Assembly: GCA_002269645.1 (NCBI GenBank) | Contig: NIVC01000709.1 | Span: 1-64,000, forward strand | Source of the DNA: Macrostomum lignano | Taxonomy: Eukaryota | Length of the DNA: 64,000 nt | Direction: 5' to 3' | Shown: positions 57,956 through 64,000 of the stretch, piece after piece | Layout of the letters: each line of letters starts with the position of its first letter | How positions within the stretch are numbered: position 1 is the first letter of the stretch | The notes under the pieces: model-generated | What the model saw: only the letters and a program-made list of their open reading frames with translations | What the model was told of the DNA's origin: nothing | The model's database searches: none | Made by a program: the position numbers and the translations under genes

Positions 57956-59560
57956 CTACGACCGCTGATGTCGAGCAACAACAAACCTCGACGATCTAGA
58001 TGATGGCGATGGGGACATCTGCTCGATGCAGCTGGATGCCACGATTGCTGCCTGCCGACACCGCCGCGTCTGATCCGCATAGGTTGTCGGCTGCGAAAGC
58101 GAAAGAAACGTCGACGCTGCACCGCTTTCATCTGGCCTGTCAACAACAGTAGTAGCGAGCTGCTGATCATCGGCGGCGGCGGCGGCTTCATCCTCCGCCG
58201 AGCTAGACTTTTGTGGCAGCGGCCTTCGACGTCTACTACCGGGTGGTGGCTGCTGACGACGCTCAGATTGCTTTTGTTGTTGTTGTTGTTGTTGTTGTCT
58301 AGATACAGAACTGGCTTCAGCAGCAGCATCACCGGCGGCGGCGGCGGCACGTCCAGCCACCAAAGCAGCAATCGTCGCCTGCATATTGATCTTATTGGAC
58401 AACATAGAGTCCGTGGCATAATGCCTAAACAGCATGGCCTCCGACGTCTCCATCAGGCTGGCTAGTGATCTTGTCAGCTCAGGATGACTGGCAGTCAAGA
58501 TGGTCGTTTTGGAGCTGCGGAACACTGTCGGCCCTACGCCTCTGCGATTTAACAGGCGGGCAGCGTGCGATTCCACCGCGTGGCTGTATGTGCTGACTGA
58601 CATCTTGTTGCCAGTGCGCGTACAAAATACAAACGGAGATGCTGCGGCGGCAGCGGCGAATGCAGACGAAGAAGCAGCGGCTGTCAACGAATCGCGCCAT
58701 GACCGCAGCAACTTAACGAATGCAGTCGACACGCAGAGGACGCTACATCCGATGGTCTTACGCTTCTTGTGACTAACCCGTCTACCCGGCAGGCTGATGG
58801 TCGAATAGTTGTTCTCCGGATTGTCCATCCGGTAGACACTGTCGGGTTGGATGTAATCCCAGCGCAGTCCAATCCATGGTCGAATGCGTTGCGGATGCTG
58901 CATAGTCGCATGCATGACCAATCCGTTGCGCTGGCTGCTGTTGCTGCTTTGCGCGAGCAGATAACGTATAGTCAGCTAGGATAATGCGCCATTCGCCATC
59001 AGTCAGCCGCTTCTTGCGCTTTTTGGCGCGATGCTCTGGTGCGTCGAGCTTGTAGCGAAAGTCGTGCGCCTGCCGCAGTGTGCGCATTCGTTTCAAAAAC
59101 ATGGCACACCGCTCGCTCAGCACGACAGTCAGCTCGACCGGCAGCTGCATCCAACCGCCGATTTAGTGGCGATGTTTGCCGGGATCATACTCGATGAACA
59201 TTTCGATAAACTTCATGCACTTTAGCTCGTATCAGTGCCTCGGCACGGTTGCGCACAGTCCCGCTGCTCGTACTGGTGCGCGACAGCTCGGCGGCAGCCT
59301 CCGACGGCTTGGCCAGACAATACTCAAAGTCGCGCCGATGGTGAAGCTGACGCGCTCGAGAGATGTTGCCCTGCAGGTCGTCAGCGTCGACATCGACAGC
59401 GGCCGCCGCCACAGTTTCAGCAGATGCCACCGACGCAATTTTGTCAAACAGGGACACTAACAGGCGCAGCAGGGCGTCCAGCGCATCGCAGTAGCCGTCA
59501 ATATTGAGATCCCGGATGCCGCGGTGGATGGGTGCCAGTAAAGATATTCTATTACCTTTA
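57956..59560 (-). pseudogene. Decayed tyrosine recombinase (lambda-integrase fold) gene, probably from a mobile element
   Basis: ORF 57956-58921: PQRIRPWIGLRWDYI (box I RxxExxxLxWxD-like), KKRKT, FVFCTRTGNKM, GPTVFRSSKTT (HxxR-like), LASLMETSEAMLFRHY (box II with terminal Tyr). Upstream pieces in other frames are broken by an in-frame TAA (~59164) and frameshifts. Confidence 0.62.
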
Positions 59561-59632
59561 ACTGGCACAATAGACGCCTGTTGTCGCCGCAGTAAGCCGA
59601 CAGCACGAGGGATGCCCGTTTGACTCGGGGAA

Positions 59633-59666
<34 letters not shown>

Positions 59667-59792
59667 GATAGCGGATAATGCAGGCGTAGCCGCCGCCAAA
59701 GCCGAAGAGGGCGCAGGTGGGGCCGCTGACTGAGGCGCAGGTGGAGCTGCTGACTGAGGCGCAGGTGGAGCCGCTGACTGAGGCACAGGTGG

Positions 59793-59947
59793 TGCAAGCC
59801 GGACGCCCTCCCATGCGCTTTGTTTCCTAATCCTATAGGAGCATAGGAGCTAGGAGACCACGGTGTGCATCACATATGTAGGTCCACCTTCTGCCCTACT
59901 TCAATAAGGCGCGGCACAAGCTCCTGACCTTACATGTAACTGCAGGA
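59793..59947 (+). repeat. Direct repeat copy B (~155 bp)
   Basis: Same orientation and sequence as 56375-56516. Confidence 0.9.
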
Positions 59948-60707
59948 ACACCCCAGATAACATTCGTGACCTTCGCGCCTTTGTCTGAGATAACGGCCAA
60001 ATGAAGGTTAAACAGTGCCTCCTTCTGCGAACCTGCCGACTATAACTGGCGTGGGCTGGGCGCACCATTTCATCCCAATTTACTGTACATTTACATGTAG
60101 CTAATGCACATGATGTACAAAGCAAAGATACATGCATAGAGTCGTGCTCACTAGAAAAACCCTACAATACAAGACCTTTAATTAAAATAGGCTATAATTT
60201 GTAAAGTCGATCTCCTACATGCATATATCTTCAGTGAATGAAATCATGGCGTTATGAATTAAGCCATACACTTCCGACTTTGTAAAATTTCGGGTTTGTC
60301 AAGCAAACCTTTTTATTATCTCCTAAAGCTGCTTCAGTCTAGCTGCCGTATGATCTACATTGCTGCGCGCGCAGCCCTTGTGGGTTTTTGCTGAGACCCC
60401 ACCCCATTTTTATAGCCAAGATCATGCATGGTGCGCAGCGCGCGGTCCTGTCGAAATATACATGTACATGTGCATCCCGTGCAACAATTTATTCTGACGG
60501 CCGCCGTTACCTGGGCGGACCTAGACGTCGATAGATGTTATTTATCGTGATGGCAGTGTACATTGGATCATGCAGCTATACATCTACATGTATGTACGTA
60601 TACAATACAAATTCTTTTAAAAAAATGACTAATAAATTTATAGAAAAAACAAAAAACAAAATTAAAAAAATAAAAAAGTTGGGACAAAATTTTAACATAT
60701 GTACGTA

Positions 60708-61776
60708 CAAGGACTTCTAGACTAACAGGACGTAAAACTCAAAAATCGTGTAATTTTTTGGAGGCCACGATTTCCTGGAAAAAATACACTGCGAAGATAG
60801 GAAAAAATCAGTTTTTCGTCACAAAATCTGTGATTGTATTTGATCTGGGGCAGTGAAGACTACCATTCTTTTAATTTAACATGCACAACATGTTACTCTA
60901 TTATATTTTCATATAGCTGTGTAGTGAAGTTTTCATTTTCATATTGTTTTCACTTTATTTCATAAGCCCAAAGTTGCAAACTCACAAGTGGCATTAGCCA
61001 AACTTTTTGTGTTGTTCTTTTTAAAATAAAGTATAAAAACATTGCATGTAGGTACTCTTAGTCTTAAGCTATTATTGTAGGTTTAGTAACTATACTAATT
61101 CCTAGGCCTACTAGAACTAGACCTATCAGTATCACTACACTATCTAGCCTAATAAGTAATTAAATTTAGACAATGACTTAGAGATTAGGCCCTAGTATAT
61201 TTAGATTTTTTTATTATATATAGATTACCAATAAATAGTTTCATATGGTTGGTTACCTTGGCTTGAGAAAGCTGTATTATCAGTTTTTAAGCCAAGCCTA
61301 TATTTAGGACTAAGATTTAAGAAGAATAGACTTAATCACAAAAATAGGCCCTAACCATTTTTACTAGGTATCTATAAGAAAAAACATTGATTAGTTTTTA
61401 ATAATTTTTATTTTAAAGGCTAAAAAAATTATTATATTACAAATTTGAATAGCTTTTCTTTTCTTGAATTTGATATTTGGCTAGGCCTAATGCCACTTGT
61501 GAGTTTGCAACTTTGGGCTTATGAAATAAAGTGAAAACAATATGAAAATGAAAACTTCATTACACAGCTATATGAAAATATAATAGAGTAACATGTTGTG
61601 CATGTTAAATTAAAAGAATGGTAGTCTTCACTGCCCCAGATCAAATACAATCACAGATTTTGTGACGAAAAACTGATTTTTTCCTATCTTCGCAGTGTAT
61701 TTTTTTCAGGAAATCGTGGCCTCCAAAAAATTACACGATCTTTGAGTTTTACGTCCTGTTAGTCTAGAAGTCCTTG
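60708..61776. mobile_element. Foldback/MITE-like element with ~290-bp terminal inverted repeats
   Basis: 60708-60997 (CAAGGACTTCTAGACTAACAGGACG...GTGGCATTAG) is the near-perfect reverse complement of 61487-61776; ~490-bp AT-rich non-coding spacer. Confidence 0.9.
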
Positions 61777-64000
61777 TGTACGTAACTGTAGGGCGTTTTG
61801 CCATGGGTTTTATGGTTGGTGCGGATAAAGGTGCGGATAAAAGCCAGAATATCCAAGAAGAAAATTACCTAACTTTCATTTTGAAAATCAGGTTCGCTTT
61901 TTGCCCTAAGACCTGTGTGAACTAACCTTAACAGGTAGTTATATCATAGGTAGGATACTAAAATGCCTAGCATTTCCATGATTTATAACCAGTCCAAACT
62001 TTATATTTTAAGCGAAAAAGCTTCAGATTTATCACGAAAAATTCCCACCAGTCAATCATAGCTTAGGTTTTTTAACTACTAAAGAAAGCACGATGCATCT
62101 ATTAAGGTTTTCATTAAAACTCTAAATTTCGAGTACGTTTAAAGATTTGTTAATTTACGAGCATCTTTGACGTACTTCGTGCGGCATGCATACAAAAAAT
62201 CAAATTTTATAAATTCTCTATTTTCCAAGAAAAAATTGCTTTCCAGTTTGAACAGTGAACCATAAAAAATAGATAGATTTGGAATTGGTATATAGGATAT
62301 TTCTATTTCTATATTTCTACGACTACAAGTCTAAAATTGGTTAAAATTAAATGATTTCTGATTACTAGGCCTATTGCAGTTATTAGTGCCAAGTTTTTAA
62401 AATGTAATTGTAGGTCTAGGACTCTTGGACTAGTCTATTTCTTATGTCTATTAATTTAAGTATAATTCCAGTATTTAATCTGTATTTGTTGTAGGCAGAG
62501 GCGGATTTATGAGGGCTGTTAAAAAAATTAGTGTTACTTTTCATTATATCTCTTGTCTTGTTCTGCTGATTCAAATAATGAAGAGCTTGCGTGCCATATT
62601 GCGGAAGGAGGGGTATACGCTGGAATTTTCCGGCGTACACTTGAGTTCTGTGGCGTACACTGGCCTATATTTCTTGGCTGTGTACAATGTGGCATACAGT
62701 GTGGCGTACACAACTGGCGTACAAATTAGGCCTAATATAGAAAATTTTTTGTGCATTTTTCTGTGTTAAGTTATTTCAAAAACCATTTTTTCTGCTACTA
62801 TTTTCTCATTTACTAATCATTTTAATTACTGGAATCGTCATAACAATCCTCATGTTGTTAAATTGTTATCATTTTTTTGTCATTTAAATTTAAATATTTG
62901 TTGTTTTTTGGCATACATTTAGCGTTAAAGAAAGTTGGCATACATTTAAAATTTGTTGGCGTACAATTAAAAATTCAATCAAAATATGTCCGGCGTACAC
63001 AGAAAACCTTCTGCAATATGGCTTGCGTGCATGGCAGCCATTCATGTAAGCTCAGAATTGCGTGCACAGCTGTCAGCAGCTATATATCTTAATAACAGTA
63101 AGTCATATACTGTTCAAATTAGTATTCAAATTAACAAAAAATAGCAATGAATTGAGCTTACATTTGGCATACATGGTGTACATGTGATAAAACATAAAGC
63201 AATATAGTAACAATAATTTTTAATTACGTTTAGTTAGTAGCAACGTGCAGATTAGGCCTATATTGTGGCTAACTGCCAGCTGCCGTGCATGCAATTTAAA
63301 CACTAGGTGAATGGCTGCCATGCAAGCAAATAAAGCACTAGGGCCTAGGTAGATAGCTGCCATGCGTGCGATTCTAAGCTTATGTAAATGGCTGCCATGT
63401 ATGCAAGATCTTTGTTCAAATAATATCATTTTGCATAGATTTATAGTGGCAACTCTCTTCTTTATGTTAACTTTAACATCATTAAAAACAAACAATGGAA
63501 AAAAAGTTATAAATTAAAATATAGCAGGACCTTGACAATAGACTTACAATAAATAAACAAGTTAACAAAAATTTGAAATGGTAGCTGACAAATAGGTAAC
63601 TGGCCACAGTGAATACTGCAAAATGATTACAGTAAATGACTGCAATAGACCTATGAGCCAATGAAAGTTGAGCATGAATCTTGGCTCAGTTGTCCCCCAT
63701 CCCCCAAAGGGTATATATCATACTCCTTTGAGCAACACTTGAATGCATATCTAGGAATTTTGGTGCAGCAAAAGGAGAGAACAAACAGCAATATAGTTGA
63801 AGCCTAGTGTGAAATATTTTGTTGCTTTAAAAGCCATATGCTTTTCCAATTTTTGGGAGAACTTTTCCAAATTTTTTAATTACAACTAGCAATCTAGTGC
63901 CCCCTTTGCTTTAGATTGTGCAATAAACAGAGCAAAAATTACAAATAAATCCATTAAAAATAACATTTTCTTAAGAACCAATTCTTTCTTTAGTTTTATA

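Noticed and set aside
62505-63060. CAGAGGCGGATTTA possible transposon end followed by GGCGTACA repeats
   Set aside because: Partner end not seen; cannot be delimited.

Overview
Eukaryotic (animal) genomic DNA with spliceosomal GT-AG introns. GC-rich poly-Q/poly-A exons and intron-filling minisatellites suggest a Macrostomum-like flatworm (inference only). Six host genes could be assembled by hand: (1) basonuclin/disco zinc-finger gene (+, 4 exons); (2) a stonustoxin-like MACPF + FN3 + septin/AIG1-type GTPase gene (-), split by a 4.2-kb CCC...GGG-ended, 2-bp-TSD DNA transposon whose removal restores the frame; (3) a Q/A-rich protein with a divergent MBD5/6-type domain (-, 2 exons); (4) DDX41/abstrakt (+, at least 7 exons); (5) a probably secreted PAN-like + ALK/LTK-type glycine-rich protein (+, 3 exons); (6) a 3-exon 82-aa prepropeptide (-) absent from the ORF track, with signal peptide, acidic pro-piece, KR site and a cationic one-disulfide mature peptide (antimicrobial-peptide candidate). 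Also present: a decayed tyrosine recombinase between ~145-bp direct repeats, MULE and mariner relics, MITEs and about 20 tandem-repeat arrays. Most long ORFs in the track are repeat artefacts. All homology calls are by eye, without database searches.
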